The notes beneath the pieces were generated by a model. That model saw only the letters and a list, made by a program, of their open reading frames with translations, was not told where the DNA came from and made no database searches. A program made the position numbers and the translations under genes. From contig OX597831.1 in NCBI GenBank assembly GCA_951406725.2, positions 75,392,001 to 75,456,000 of the forward strand: DNA of 64,000 bases, written 5' to 3'. The stretch's first letter is position 1. The number at the start of each line of letters is the position of its first letter. Of the stretch, positions 26,064 to 39,059 are shown in pieces. Origin of the DNA: Octopus vulgaris (Eukaryota).

Positions 26064-26437
26064 TTATTACTTCTGCTTTAGCAAAGGTGATGGTATTGTT
26101 TTCAGTCACATTTGATTGTTTGCTTGTCCATGCACAAAATGTCTCAAGAACCGCTGGATGGATTTGGATGAAACTTTCAGAGATGTTTGGCCTCATGACT
26201 GGCACAAACTGATTAGATTTTAGGATATATCCATTACCAGACAAGGATTCTGGATTATTTTTCCTGTTTTTTTTACTTAATTTTTGAGGGCAGTCGGATT
26301 CATTTTTAGTATTCTCATTTATGAGAACTGTCGAGTTTATTTCAGATAGTCTCATTTTAAAAATCACATCTGACTAACCATTGAGAGGATATTGGTGTTG
26401 CCTTGCCAGTGGGTTGCACTCTCTGAGTGCTCTTGTT
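26064..26437 (+). mobile_element. Helentron/DINE-like non-autonomous element (degenerate)
   Basis: TTATTACTTCTGC...GGTATTGTTTTC start, AAGAACCGCTGGATGGATTTGGATGAAACTT core, GCACTCTCTGAGTGC 3' hairpin. Confidence 0.6.
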
Positions 26438-27537
26438 ACTATTAATTTATGACTAACTATTTTTATTAAAGTACTTTTAACTTTAACGGCAGACTGCATT
26501 CTTCTTTTTTAATGTTTCCATTCATCATCATCATCATCATCATCGTTTAACATCCGCTTTCCATGCTAGCATGGATTGGACGGTTCGACCGGGGTCTGGG
26601 AAGCCAGGAGGCTGCACCAGTCTCCAGTCTGATCTGGCAGTGTTTCTACAGCTGGATGCCCTTCCTAACGCCAACCACTCCATTAGTGTAGTGGGTGCTT
26701 TTTACGTGCCAGGGTAGACTGGCAGCGGCCACGATCAGTTGGTGCTTTTTCACATGCCACCAGCATGGAAGCCAGTCAAGGTGGCGCTGGCATTGGCCAC
26801 GTTTCCATTATGTTTTAAATATGTAAAATTTCTTTGTATGTCCTTCCTTTTCTTTGGATGTTCTTAAATATATGTGTGTGTGTGTGTTTGTGTAATTGCA
26901 TGTGTGTTTGTGCGTGTATGTGTTTATGGGTGTGTATGTATTTGTGTGTGTGTGTGTATGTATTTTGTGTGTGTGTGTTTGTGTTTGAGTTTGTGTGTGT
27001 ATTTGTGCTTGTGTGTGCATTTGTGTGTGTGTTGGTGTGTGTGTGTTTATGTTTGTGTATGTATTTGTGTGTGTGTGTATGTATTTTATTTGTGTGTGTG
27101 TGTTTGTATTTGTGTGTGTGTGTGTGTGTATGTCCCCGTAACTAACCAGTTCAGCAAAAGAGACCAATAAAATAAGAACCTGGCTTAACAAATAATAAGT
27201 CCAGGGGTTGATTCCTTCAACTAGGACTCTTCAAGGCAATGGTGCCCCAGCAGGGCCACAGTCTAATGACTGACACTTGCTAAGGAATTAAAGACTATTC
27301 TAATTGTTGCTTCGATAGTTTCTGAGTGTCCACTTCCACTGTTAATGAGGGTGTCTTCATTAAAAAATGTAATCAAGTACTTCTATAGGGTTGCTGGTTA
27401 ACCCTTTCAACCTGGAATTTCTTCTCAGGGATTTTTTCTCAAGTCGGTAATGGCGGGGTGGCGTGGGGTGGGGGTGAGAATAGTGGGGTCTGTATGCATG
27501 AGAGCCTTTTGAGCTGTCATTATAGTGTCATATACTA

Positions 27538-27740
27538 AGGTGGTGAGCTGGTAAAATGCTTAGCGGCATTTAGTTCGTCTGTATGCTCTGAGTTCAAATT
27601 CCTCCAAGGTCGACTTTGCCTTTCGTCCTTACAGGTCGATAAATTAAGTACGAATTGTGCACTGGGGGTCAATCTAATCGACTGGAACTGCCCCCCCCTC
27701 CCAAAATTTCAGGCCTTGTGCCTAGAATAGAAAAGATTAT
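27538..27740 (+). mobile_element. SINE family B (alternative tail)
   Basis: GGTGGTGAGCTGG...GAGTTCAAATT...GTCGACTTTGCCTTTC. Confidence 0.8.
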
Positions 27741-28312
27741 AGTGTCGTATACTCCGATCATACATCTGGTGCTACATGCTTACCAGAAAAACCAGAGTGG
27801 TACTATACTCTATCACACAGGTTGTAAAAGTTTGGACTGGTTCTAATATGTACTAGCCAGGCCAAAAGGGTCAAAGAGACCCTTTCGTCACTGGTGTTCT
27901 GACTGTGAAATACTCCGGTCACTTGCCACATACAGGCTCTTTTCTCTGTAAGAGCCTGTTTGTGGGTATATTCTACATCTGTGCACCCATATCTTATATT
28001 GAGTACACCATACAGAACTTGCATAGTTAAACATGTAATAAGGTGGTTTTGTAACCAATGACAGGTACCCAGAATGAGTTGTGTATTAGATAGGTAGAAA
28101 AAGGGACAAGCGAAAAAGGTTTGTGTGAGAGGGAGAATATGGGGGTGAGACAGAGAGATGGATAAGGAGGGGTACTGGGAGAGAGATGGGGTGAAGGAAT
28201 TAGAGGAGAAAGAGAGGAAGATGGAGAGAGAGAGAGAGAGAAGGAGCCAGATGAAAGAAAGGTGGAGTAGGAAATGTAATTTGGAGAGAGAGAGAGAGAG
28301 AATTGTTAGAGA

Positions 28313-28343
<31 letters not shown>

Positions 28344-29029
28344 CACTGTTAGAGAAAGATGAAATGGGAGATATAGTAAGGAAAGAAAGAGAGATCACAA
28401 ATGGGAGTAGTGGGGAGAGAGAGAGAGAGAGAGAATACAAGTGAGAGAGGGAGATGTGTTGAGAAATGAAATAAAGAGAGGAGCATTTAGCAAGAGAGAG
28501 AGAGAGAGAGAGAGTCTGTTGTTATTTATATTATCTCAAAACTATCTTATCTTGTCGTCGGTTAGCATTGGTGGTTCATAACTAGCCAAGTCAAGCAAAC
28601 ATTCAAATCAAGACAAGTCACATACCACCCTCCCTCCACCCCACCCCACCCCGCATACCCTTCATTTGACACCAAAACTATTAGGTTACTTTATTCCAGG
28701 TGCAACAGGAGACTTTGAATGATAAGCCACAAACCACCAGGTATTGTCCACTTTTTATCAGGTTAAAAACATTCCACATTTGATACTGTCAATGACCCCA
28801 CCCACCCACCCCGGTACAACAACGAAAAACTAGAAGAGATTTGATACTTGGCATCAATAATTCAAACTAGAAACGGTCTCACCTCAGCGACTGACTGAAG
28901 CATTACATAACTCAAATGCCATTTAAGCCTTAGCTTCTATTTCATGGAGCATACAATGTGACTATGGCTTCATGAAGGGCAAGATTCTGCACAGTCAGGG
29001 TTCTAATTAAGGTGTTTGATCTTCTAAAA

Positions 29030-29415
29030 CTCAGCCATTTGGCTGCGGCCATGCTGGAGCACCACCTTTAGTCGAACAAATCAACCCCAGGACTTATTCT
29101 TTGTAAGCCGAGTACTTATTCTATCGGCGTCTTTTGACAAACTGCTAAGTTATGGGGATGTAAATGCACCAACCTTGGTTGTCAAGTGATGGTGGTGGTG
29201 GTGGTGGAGGGGGACAAACATAGACATACAAACACACACACACACAGGTGCGCGCACACACACACACACACACATATGACAGGCTTCTTTCAGTTTCCAT
29301 CTACAAAATCTACTCACAAAGCTTTGGTTGGCCTGAGGCTATAGTAGAAGACACTTGCCCAAGGTGCCACCACGCCATGGGACTGAACCCAGAAGCATGT
29401 GGTTGGTAAGCAAGC
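29030..29415 (-). mobile_element. SINE family A
   Basis: Reverse complement of family A. Confidence 0.85.
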
Positions 29416-29746
29416 TTCTTTATTTCATTACCTTTGCCATAAAGGCATAATACAGATGGAAGCTTGCTGGCTGGACACAGACACAATGATGATGATGAAA
29501 TGAGAAATGGGATGGTTGGTGGGGGGAGCAGCCAATGCCCACCGAATGTTACTTCCCAATAATATTGTTCTTTTTTAAAACACAAATGAGGGGTTAAACC
29601 TCTTACAACAATTACTAATTGAGGCACTGAGCCTCTTACCAATCCAAAAAAGTTCAGCAAATATATTCAAATTGAGGCGCTAACCCTTTTATCAAAATCT
29701 CCAAGTTTGAATCGAGGCACTAAGACCTCTTACTCTACCTCCCCGA

Positions 29747-30052
29747 TTAATTCTCTTGCCGCCTGCAGGGGTCCCATAAGAGATAATTATATTCATTCTT
29801 GGTAAAGGAATCCATCACCCTGTAGAAATAATTTTCCTCCATGACCTCCACAGCCACCTGCGGAAGCCAATCCAGGCTTTCAATGCAGGTCAGGATCTCC
29901 TCTTCCTGACCTTCCAGATTCCTCACAAAGTTCTCTACGGCCCCTCCCTTAAGAAAGATCACAAATTCCTGATTTATTGTACTGGGAGGGGCCACAGTTT
30001 CCTCCGCTGGAGGCACAATTTCCGCCGAAAAGGTTTCATTGGTTTTAATCAA
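29747..30052 (-). other. Unassigned open reading frame (101 aa, acidic); possible TE ORF fragment or exon
   Basis: Non-repetitive, protein-like composition. No family recognised. Confidence 0.3.
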
Positions 30053-30252
30053 AACTTGTTAGTTACTATGGTGACAACACTACCTACCTACCTATATGCC
30101 TACCTACCTGCCTGCCTGCTATCCTGCATGTCTGTCTGTCTCTCTATCTGTCTATCTATCTGCTTGTCTGTTTGTCTCTCTGTTTATCTATCTGTCTGTC
30201 TATCTAACTATCTATCTATCTATCTATCTTTCACACAATTTCCTTCTCCATC

Positions 30253-30289
<37 letters not shown>

Positions 30290-31117
30290 GTATTTTCTCT
30301 CAACAACTTTTCTCCTCCCCTTCTTCTTAATATATGTTGTGACAGGGTTATCTCTGTTTTTTTGTGAAATGGTATACCCCTTCCCACACGGCAAAGTGGT
30401 ATGATCCAGCCACTATAAAGTTGAAGCCAGTCAGCAGTAGTAGATTCGTGGTACAACTTCTCAATTGGAAGCAGTGTCAGTTACGCGATACATACGATAT
30501 GAATACTGTACACAACTATCTCCACTTTCGATTCCTCCCCTTCTAAAAGATGCTGTGATAGACGGACATGCAGAAATAAGCTTCTCTTTTATACTATGTG
30601 TACATGTATGTGTGCATGTAATCACTATTATAATCACAGCCATTACTATTTTTATCACCACCACCGCCGCCGCCACCACAATGGCCACTGCCAACACCAC
30701 TGCCATCGCCACCACTGCCACTGCCACCACTACAATTATTACCCTCCTAGATTCTTGTCATTCTTTATACCTAGAAACGTAACAAAATTTCTAACCATAC
30801 CAAAATAGATGTGACGTAAATAATCAGGTTGTAAATGCCGTTGGAATTCTCCAAAATGAGAAGAATTCCATTTCCTGATCAACAATTATTTATTATTATT
30901 TTCGTCAATCTCCAACTGATGGAATTAGTAAAGAAAATAGTATAATAGATACAGGGTATTGGGTGCAGGTGTGGCTGTGTGGTAGGAGGTTGCTTCCCAT
31001 CTACAGGGTTCCGGGTTCAGTTTCACTGCTTGGCACCTTGGGCAAGTGTCTTCTTCTATAGCCTCAGGATGACCAAAGCCCTGTGAGTAGATTTGGCTGA
31101 TGGAAACTGAAAGAAGC

Positions 31118-31156
<39 letters not shown>

Positions 31157-31469
31157 TTATATATATATATATGTGTGTGTTTATGTATATTTATATATAT
31201 ATATGTGTTTATAAATATATATATAGGGAGAGTTTACGATATATATATACTGGAGCACCAACTTAAAGGGTTTTAGTCAAACAAATTGCCCCCAGGATTT
31301 CTTTTTTAAGCTTAGTACTTATTCCATCAGTGTCTTTTGCTGAACCACTAAGTTATGGGTATGTAAACATACCCACGCCAGTTATCAAGCGGTGTGGGGG
31401 AGGACAAACACTGACACAAAAGCACGCTCACATAGATATACATATATATATATGTGTGTGTATATATAT

Positions 31470-31663
31470 GTGACCTCATGTGTACCATTGGCGATTTTTT
31501 TCCCTCTGTCTTCCCTTCTCTGGATCTTTCCTTCTCCTATGTTTCCGACGAAGATCTCCGCTCGAAACGTTAAACCCTCCTTCTTTCCTGAGCATCCAAT
31601 AATACTTTATTTGTTCCACGTCCTCGCGTTGTTGTGTTTTTTTGTGCTTTCTTGTTTGGATTA

Positions 31664-31668
<5 letters not shown>
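31470..31668 (+). mobile_element. Penelope-like pseudo-LTR remnant carrying the CCGACGA hammerhead variant
   Basis: Homologous to 6150-6315 and 11230-11440 (-). TA-flanked. Confidence 0.6.
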
Positions 31669-31712
<44 letters not shown>

Positions 31713-32372
31713 TGAAACTGATGATGTTTTAGAGAGAGAGAAAGAGAGAGGGAGAGAGAGAAGGAGAAGTACAAATTAAAAGAAAGGTGCAACTTCCTCT
31801 CTAATTTGTTACTCCCACCTACTGTCTCCCCCACTCTCTCTAAAACATCAATTTTATATAAAAAGGTGAAGCAAACTGACCGTAAACCACTTTTTTGATA
31901 AATTTGATAACAGAAGAAAGCGCTAACATGTACTTATCATGCACCTAGTAGTTTCCTGTACATGCATACATTCATCAGTCGCCAATTGCACCATACTCCC
32001 AAAACTTTAGTTTAAACAGAGGAACAGTTTAGAACTGACACAAAGATAAAACATGTCTAATGGAAGCTACCACCTTGATGACTAAAATAAAATAAAATAA
32101 AAATATAATATAAAAATGTTAAAAACATCTGATTGTCATAGACCAGGTAAGACAACTTGCTTTGGAATCACTGAGGATGGTAGATATCAATATTGCTCAA
32201 TTATTGTGGTTTAATGACACCATGTATTTGAATAATTTGAATCATCTCATAATGAAATGAATTATGAATTACTTTTCTATGATTTATATGTAAATAGAGT
32301 GAAGTCTATTTGGTGATGTGCTCAGGCATAGCACATGTGAAAGGAAATTATTATTGATTGCACACACATAGT

Positions 32373-32800
32373 CTATCATCATCGTTGTTCGACCGTGGTC
32401 AAGACAATAGAATTTACCATGCTACGCCAGACTTCACGGTCCATCATGGCATTACGGAGGTCCTGTTGCTGGATGCCTGTATCCCTGGAAATTACATCAG
32501 GGTAGGAGAGTGTGCGCCCTCTGGTATTGTGAGTAGATGGCTTCCAGAGGAGAAGAGTAGAAATTACCTTGTTTCCAGCTCTACAACAATGTCCAGCAAA
32601 CTGGACTCTCATACCTTCCACAAGAGATGACACAGGTGGTAGTTTCCCATATATTTGAATTTTGGTTGGATGACGCTTCCACGAGAGATTTTGGGCTCTC
32701 ATAAGGAGGCGGGTGTAGGTTCCATCCAACCGACTCTCAAGCTTCTTTGATAATGTCCAGGTTTCTGAGCCATATAGTAGAATTCAAACCAATTCTACAT
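32373..32800 (-). mobile_element. RTE-B LINE 3' fragment
   Basis: ORF 32379..32729 is nearly identical to the C-terminus of 42507..43358. (GAT)n tail. Confidence 0.9.
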
Positions 32801-33321
32801 AGTCTATGTATTTTGTTTAGATGCCATTTTGCTACAGGACAGCATCTAGGGAATGCTTCTCAGACAATGCTGAATGTTAAAGGGTACCTAAATGCCACAG
32901 ATATATCATCATCATCATCATCATTGTTTAATGCCCACTTTGCAATGCTTGCAAAGAATTTGTTGGACAGAATTTGTTGATTCGGGTTTTCTGTGGCTGG
33001 ATGCTCTTCCAGTCACCAAGCCTCACCTGTTTCCAAGTAAGATTATATATTTCCTCATGACCGGACATGCTCTAGCAGAATATCGGAAAGGAATGACATT
33101 GCTTGTGTGGCAGTGATGCTCATTTACGACTATCATGTCATATCAAAGGCAGGGAAATACAAATGCATGCACACACACACACACTGGACTTCTTTCAGTT
33201 TCCATCTACCAAATCCACTTTTGTTGGCTCAAGGCTATAGCAGAAGATGTTGACCCAAGGTATTGTGAAATGAGACTGAACCTGTCCTGTGTGTATATAT
33301 ATATATACATATATATATATA

Positions 33322-36300
33322 GCAGCCATTATATCGGCCTATGCCCCTCAGCCAGGGATACCCGATGGACAGAAAGACCGATTCTATGACACCCTACTGC
33401 AGACTACCTCATTGACGAACGACAGGGACCTTCTCTTTGTGGCTGGTGACTTCTATGGGCATGTTGGACGACATGCTGGGTGCTTCCATGGCATACATGG
33501 AGGCTACGGTTATGGTTCCCGCAACGAGGAGGGAACCAGGCTGCTGGAGTTCTGCGATGCAAATGATCTTATGGTTGCAACACTAACTTCAGGAAACCTA
33601 CCAGCCACCTAGTCACCTACCGATCGGGCCGACATACTAGCCAAATCGACTGCATCCTTGCCAGAAAAAGGGAAAGATGGCTGCTTATAAATGCCAAAAC
33701 CTTCCCAGGCGAAGAAAGTACACCACAACATAGACTGGTAGTTAGTGACTTTAGGATCAGGACTAAGAGGACGACCAACATGGAGAAGAAGGGTCTGGAA
33801 GCTTAAAGATCCTGCAAATGGACAGAGATTTAGAGACATATTACTTGAAGCCTTTGACGAAATAGAAGGGGATATAGCTTCACATGGGGTAGAAGGCAAC
33901 TGGAGGTTTCTAAGGGACAACATGCTGAGAGCTACTGACCAGATCTGTGGTTGGTGCAAAGTCCCCTCTAGATCCAAAATAACGTGGTGGTGGAACAATG
34001 TTGTTGACAGGGCTATTAGACAAAAGAAACAGGCTTGGAAGGACTGGAAGAACGGTGGTAGCAGGGAAGTGCATCAGACTGCCAGAAGGGAAGCTAGAAG
34101 GCAGGTGTATTTAGCCAGAAGGGAAGCAGATAAGATAAAATTTGCCAATGTTCTGCACCATGAGGACAAAAGACTTGAGGTATTTCGTGTTGCAAGACAG
34201 TGTGTGAGAGAGAATCGTGATGTTGTAGGAGAGAAATGTGTTCGCATGGATGATGGTTCACTTGCGCTAAATAAGGATGCAAAGAGAGGGGTTTGGAGAC
34301 GCCACTATGAAAGGTTGCTGAATAAAGAAAATGAATGGGATAAAGAGTCTGCCGAATGTCGACCCAACAGAGGGACCAGCTATCCGAGTTGACAGTTCCT
34401 TGGTAGTTAAGGCAATTAGAAGCATGAAGACAGGGAAAGCCCCAGGCCCATCAGGAATTACTGCAGAGATGCTCAAAATATCTGGCAGCGTCGGCTATAG
34501 CCTAGTCACCCGTATAGTTAACCAGGTGATACATGAAGGAGTCATTCCCAATGACTGGTGTAGCAGCATAATAGTCAACTGCTACAAAGGTAAAGGTGAC
34601 GCCCTAGATACAAATAACTACAGGGGTATCAAGCTGTTGGATCAGGTAATGAAGGTTATGGAGAGGATCATAGCCCAACTAATTAGAGAGAAAGTTAGTT
34701 CAGATGAGATGCAGTTTGGTTTCGTGCCAGGGAAAAGTACCACTGATGCTATATTCCTGGTAAGGCAGCTGCAGGAGAAATACCTAGCCAAAGATAAGCC
34801 CCTGTACCTGGCTTTTGTTGACATGGGGAAAGCCTTCGACATGGTCCCCCGATCCCTTATCTGGTGGTCAATGAGGAAACTAGGGATAGATGAATGGTTA
34901 GTTAGAGCTGTACGAGCCATGTACAGGGATGCTATTAGTAAGGTGAGGATTGGCAACGAGTACAGTGAAGAATTCCGGGTAGAGGTAGGGGTCCACCAAG
35001 GTTCAGTCCTCAGCTCCCTCCTATTTATCATAGTCCTTCAGGCAATAACGGAGGAATTCAAGACAGGATGCCCCTGGGAGCTCCTCTTTGCTGATGACCT
35101 TGCTCTAATTGCTGAGTCACTATCAGAACTGAAGGAGAAGTTTCAGGTGTGGAAGCAAGGATTAGAATCGAAGCGCCTTAGAGTCAACCTAGCTAAAACC
35201 AAAGTCCTAATAAGTAGGAAGGTTGACAAATCACAAGCACCTTCAGGTAGATGGCCCTGCTCGATCTGTAGAAAAGGCGTAGGTAGAAACTCTATAAGAT
35301 GCACCAAGTGTAAGCTATGGACACATAAGAGGTGCAGCAATGTTAAAGGAAGGCTAACTAGGAAAATAGTTTTTGTATGTGGCAGATGCTCAGGAGCAAT
35401 AAACACTGAAAATGCGCAGAGACCAACTGCCGCCACATTCCATGGAGAAAAACTAGAAATAGTTGATAGATTCTGTTACCTAGGTGACCAAGTCAGTAGC
35501 GGGGGTGGGTGTGCTGAAAGTGTAACTGCTAGAGTAAGAATAGCCTGGGCAAAGTTCAGAGAGCTCTTACCTCTGCTGGTGACAAAAGGCCTCTCACTCA
35601 GAGTAAAAGGCAGACTGTATGATGCATGTGTACGAACAGCCAGGCTACATGGCAGTGAAACATGGGCCGTGACTGCTGAGGATATGCATAAGCTTGCAAA
35701 AAATGAAACCAGTATGCTCCGATGGATGTATAATGTCAGTGTTCATACTTGACAGAGTGTAAGTACCTTGAGAGAAAAGTTGGACCTAAGAAGCATCAGT
35801 TGTGGTGTGCAAGAGAGACGTTTGCGCTGGTATGGTCATGTGGCAAGAATGGATGAGGATAGGTGTGTTAAAAAGTGTCACACCCTAGCAGTTGAGGGAA
35901 CCTGTGGAAGAGGTAGACCCAGGAAAACCTGGGACAAGGTGGTGAGGCACGACCTTCGAACTTTAGGGCTCACTGAGGAAATGACTTGAGACCGAGACCT
36001 ATGGAAGTATGCTGTGCATGAGAAGACCCGGCAGGACAAGTGAGACCATAACCCGTGGCCTCTACCTGGGATGTAGCCAGTCCACTTATGCATACCTTTC
36101 CTTCTTGGGACACAAAACTCTACTTGTGAAGACCTGTTGCGGCAAGTGAGAAATCAGAATCAAAATTAAAATCGAAATCGATCAACATGAATGGAAATTG
36201 TAGCTGTGATACCAGTGCCGGTGACATGTAAGAGAACTATCTGAACGAGGCTGTTGCCAGCACCGCTCCGACTGGCCCCGGTGGCACGTAAAAAGCACCA

Positions 36301-36531
36301 TCCAATCGTGGCCGTTTGCCAGCCTCATCTGGCACCTGTGCCGGTGGCACGTAAAAAGCACCCACTACACTCACGGAGTGGTTGGCATTAGGAAGGGCAT
36401 GTAGCTGTAGAAACATTGCCAGATCAGACTGGGCCTGGTTCAGCCTTCTGGCTTCCCAGACCCCAGTTGAACCGTCCAACCCATGCTAGCATGGAAAGCG
36501 GATGCTACACGATGATGATGATGATGATGAT
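33322..36531 (+). mobile_element. RTE-clade LINE (RTE-A), 5'-truncated and disrupted: APE, RT, PHD finger, 3' UTR, (GAT)n tail
   Basis: APE motifs SAYAPQ, GDF.GHVG, SQID, QHRLV. RT motifs KAPGPSG, NYRGIKLL, QFGF.PGKST, FVD..KAFD, GVHQGS.LS, FADD. C-terminal RRLRWYGHV and RGRPRKTW. Frameshifts and stops split the ORF. Confidence 0.95.
34331..35752 (+). pseudogene. Reverse transcriptase ORF fragment of RTE-A (473 aa)
   Basis: Complete RT motif set. The catalytic motif reads LFADD here and LYADD in the copy near 17.85 kb. Confidence 0.9.
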
Positions 36532-36814
36532 ATATATATATATATATATATACGTAAATATAAGAGAGTAACCACTATGTGGTCGACTCTAGCACTAAAA
36601 ATTGATCCGCTAGGTTTCAGCCACGAAGAATTGTTTCCGATGAAAGTTAGCATGACTAATAGCGTAAACGAACAGGGCAAATAAACATAACAAGAATGCA
36701 GATTAGTTCAGGACAATTGTTTCGCTATTAATAAACTATGTAATTTTACTCACATAACATATCTGAAACTATCCCTTCATGAGGTTAACACAACCTCTAA
36801 TCGAATATGTATAG

Positions 36815-37700
36815 GGGAAGAATTCACAAAAAAACAAAAGACAAAGACAGGTGGTGTAAACAACAAACAGATGTATTAGTTTAACGCTTGGGAAGTGAAA
36901 AAGTCTTTAACATTTTGAGCCTACGCTCTTCCACAGAAAGGAACACAGAAAGAAACAAGGAGAGAAAAAATGTGTGTAGTGGCTAGCAACCTATCATGGT
37001 GAATGCCGGACAGAGGGGTCACACAGGAGAGCTAGGAAGAAGAGGAGATAATAAAGTAGTGGTGATCCCAAAACGAAGGTACGTGTGCATGTGTATGAGA
37101 GTATGTATGTATGTGTGTGTGTGGAAGAGAGCTGGTGACCTTGACGTGTGCGTGTGTGGATGTGGGGTTGCGAAGGGGTCAGTGCTAATGTGTGAGTGGT
37201 GGTGTGATGTGATGTGGTGTTGTGTGGTATGGTATGGTGGTGTATGGTGTAGTGGTGTGTGGTGTAGTGTGATTGTGTTGGGAGGTGGGGGAGGCGAGAG
37301 TGGGGAAAGCAAGGGTGGCGTGTGGGTTAGGCCGAGGGTGGCGTATGTGGGTAGGCTGAGAGTGGGGGTAGAGGTGGGCTATATGGGAGTGGGTGTAATG
37401 GGTGGGGTGGGTTGGATAGGGAAGATGGGGTTGGATTGTGTAGGGGTGGGGTGGGTTAGGAAGGAGGGGTGACGATGAAGGGGGAAGAGAGAAGGTGGGT
37501 AGGAGTGAAGAGAAGATGTAGGAGTCGCAGCAAGAGAGGAGAGGTGGATGGGAGGAAGTAGGTGTGAGAGGGAGTGAGGAGAGGGGAGGAGAGTTGAGCC
37601 CGTGTGACGCAAAGAAGCGAAGAGAGAAGATTAATCCCCTGTTCACGGCGCAAACGGGAGTCCGGTTGGTTCCTGTGCAAGGGTGTGTGCGTTATTCATA
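36815..37700 (-). mobile_element. Penelope-like element 3' remnant
   Basis: Minus-strand peptide ...SRLRREQ-GIN... resembles the C-terminus of PLE GIY-YIG endonucleases. It is followed by a pyrimidine-rich UTR and the variant hammerhead at 36905-36940. Confidence 0.55.
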
Positions 37701-37961
37701 CATATATGTATTTATGCACGTGACCTTACTCTAATTCCTGCCAGACGTTCCTTATGAATTGTGCTAACGATGTTTTTAATCTTCCAATAAAGAAAAGAAT
37801 AAATATGTCTGGGTAATTGTTGAATGATTGAAGTAAATTTTCAAGATTTTTACTTCTACAGAAAACACGAAATTATAATTACACTTTTGATATTCCGTAG
37901 TTTTTCTGTCTTGTTTTTTTTTCAAACAATACTGCTGCAAAGATGTATCTTATTGAAACGA

Positions 37962-37977
37962 CCAAGAGATGGCGCTA
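37962..37977 (+). promoter_or_regulatory. CTCF-like motif
   Basis: CCAAGAGATGGCGCTA fits CCANNAGRKGGCGC and lies in unique sequence. Motif match only. Confidence 0.3.
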
Positions 37978-38126
37978 TCTAGGTGTTGTGATTGAGGGAT
38001 AGAATGATAATAAAATTAAGTAACATCATTACTATGACAGAAGATGTGACCGACTAAAGGAGTATTTCGTAAGATAAGACCGCAGCAGTTGTAACAACAG
38101 GAGGCAACAACAATCAGTACCTTACC

Positions 38127-38158
<32 letters not shown>

Positions 38159-38400
38159 CAATTATAAGTACTTTAAACCGGTTCCGTTAATATTCGAGTG
38201 TCATAAATGGCTCTCGTCTTAGGATTACGATATGTCACAAAGGTAAGAAGTTCACCGAATAGAAAGAAGGTTGCCATAAATACCCAGCAACAAGAATATT
38301 TCATGAGTGAATGAACGAATGTGTGTGTGTGTTTAAGTATGTGTGCATGTGAATCAAATATATGTAATATCTTTCGTCTGTACATGTAAATGCGCGCAGG

Positions 38401-38474
<74 letters not shown>

Positions 38475-39059
38475 TACGGCCGAATAGTCGAGAAGTTAGC
38501 ATTGCAGCCACAAGGTCGGTCTCCTGTCCGATTCCACCGCACCTTGGGCAAACGTAATTTTATTTCCTTTAATACTCGGGTGTCGGCTCAAAGCGCTGTC
38601 GGTGAAACTAGGGTAGATGAAAGCTGCGTAGAAACCAGTCGGGTGGATGGTAGGTCCTACCTGTAATTCCAACTAGTACAGTCTTTGTCGCACTAATTAT
38701 GTTCCGAGTGGATTAAGTGGACGCATACATGACCGTGGAATACCCGGCCACTTACATGTTAATTCAAGAGCAGGTAATTCGGTTGCTTGGGCAACTGGAT
38801 CCTAAATTGTCAATTCTGAAATCTCTATACGAGATGCTAGTAGTAATTCTACTGAACAATAATCGTTGTTACCACCTCAGCGTGGTTGTTCCGTACAGGA
38901 CACCGTTTACTACCCTTTTGACCCCAGGAGGACATCTCCTGCTCGTTAACCACGCACTCTCTGTGTTGTATAAAGGACACAGTGCATCGTTAACCAGCTG
39001 CAGAAGGTTTCCTGCTGTTGTTAAAAACTGTACGGAACATCCACTACTTTTATGTATAT

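Noticed and set aside
27803-28024. 73-aa ORF in unique sequence (also 4151-4310 and 39863-40060)
   Set aside because: No recognisable motif or convincing splice-site pair; length expected by chance.
36700-36790. Additional hammerhead (minus strand GAAACAATTGTC)
   Set aside because: The upstream core reads CTCATGA and stem I does not pair; probably a decayed copy.
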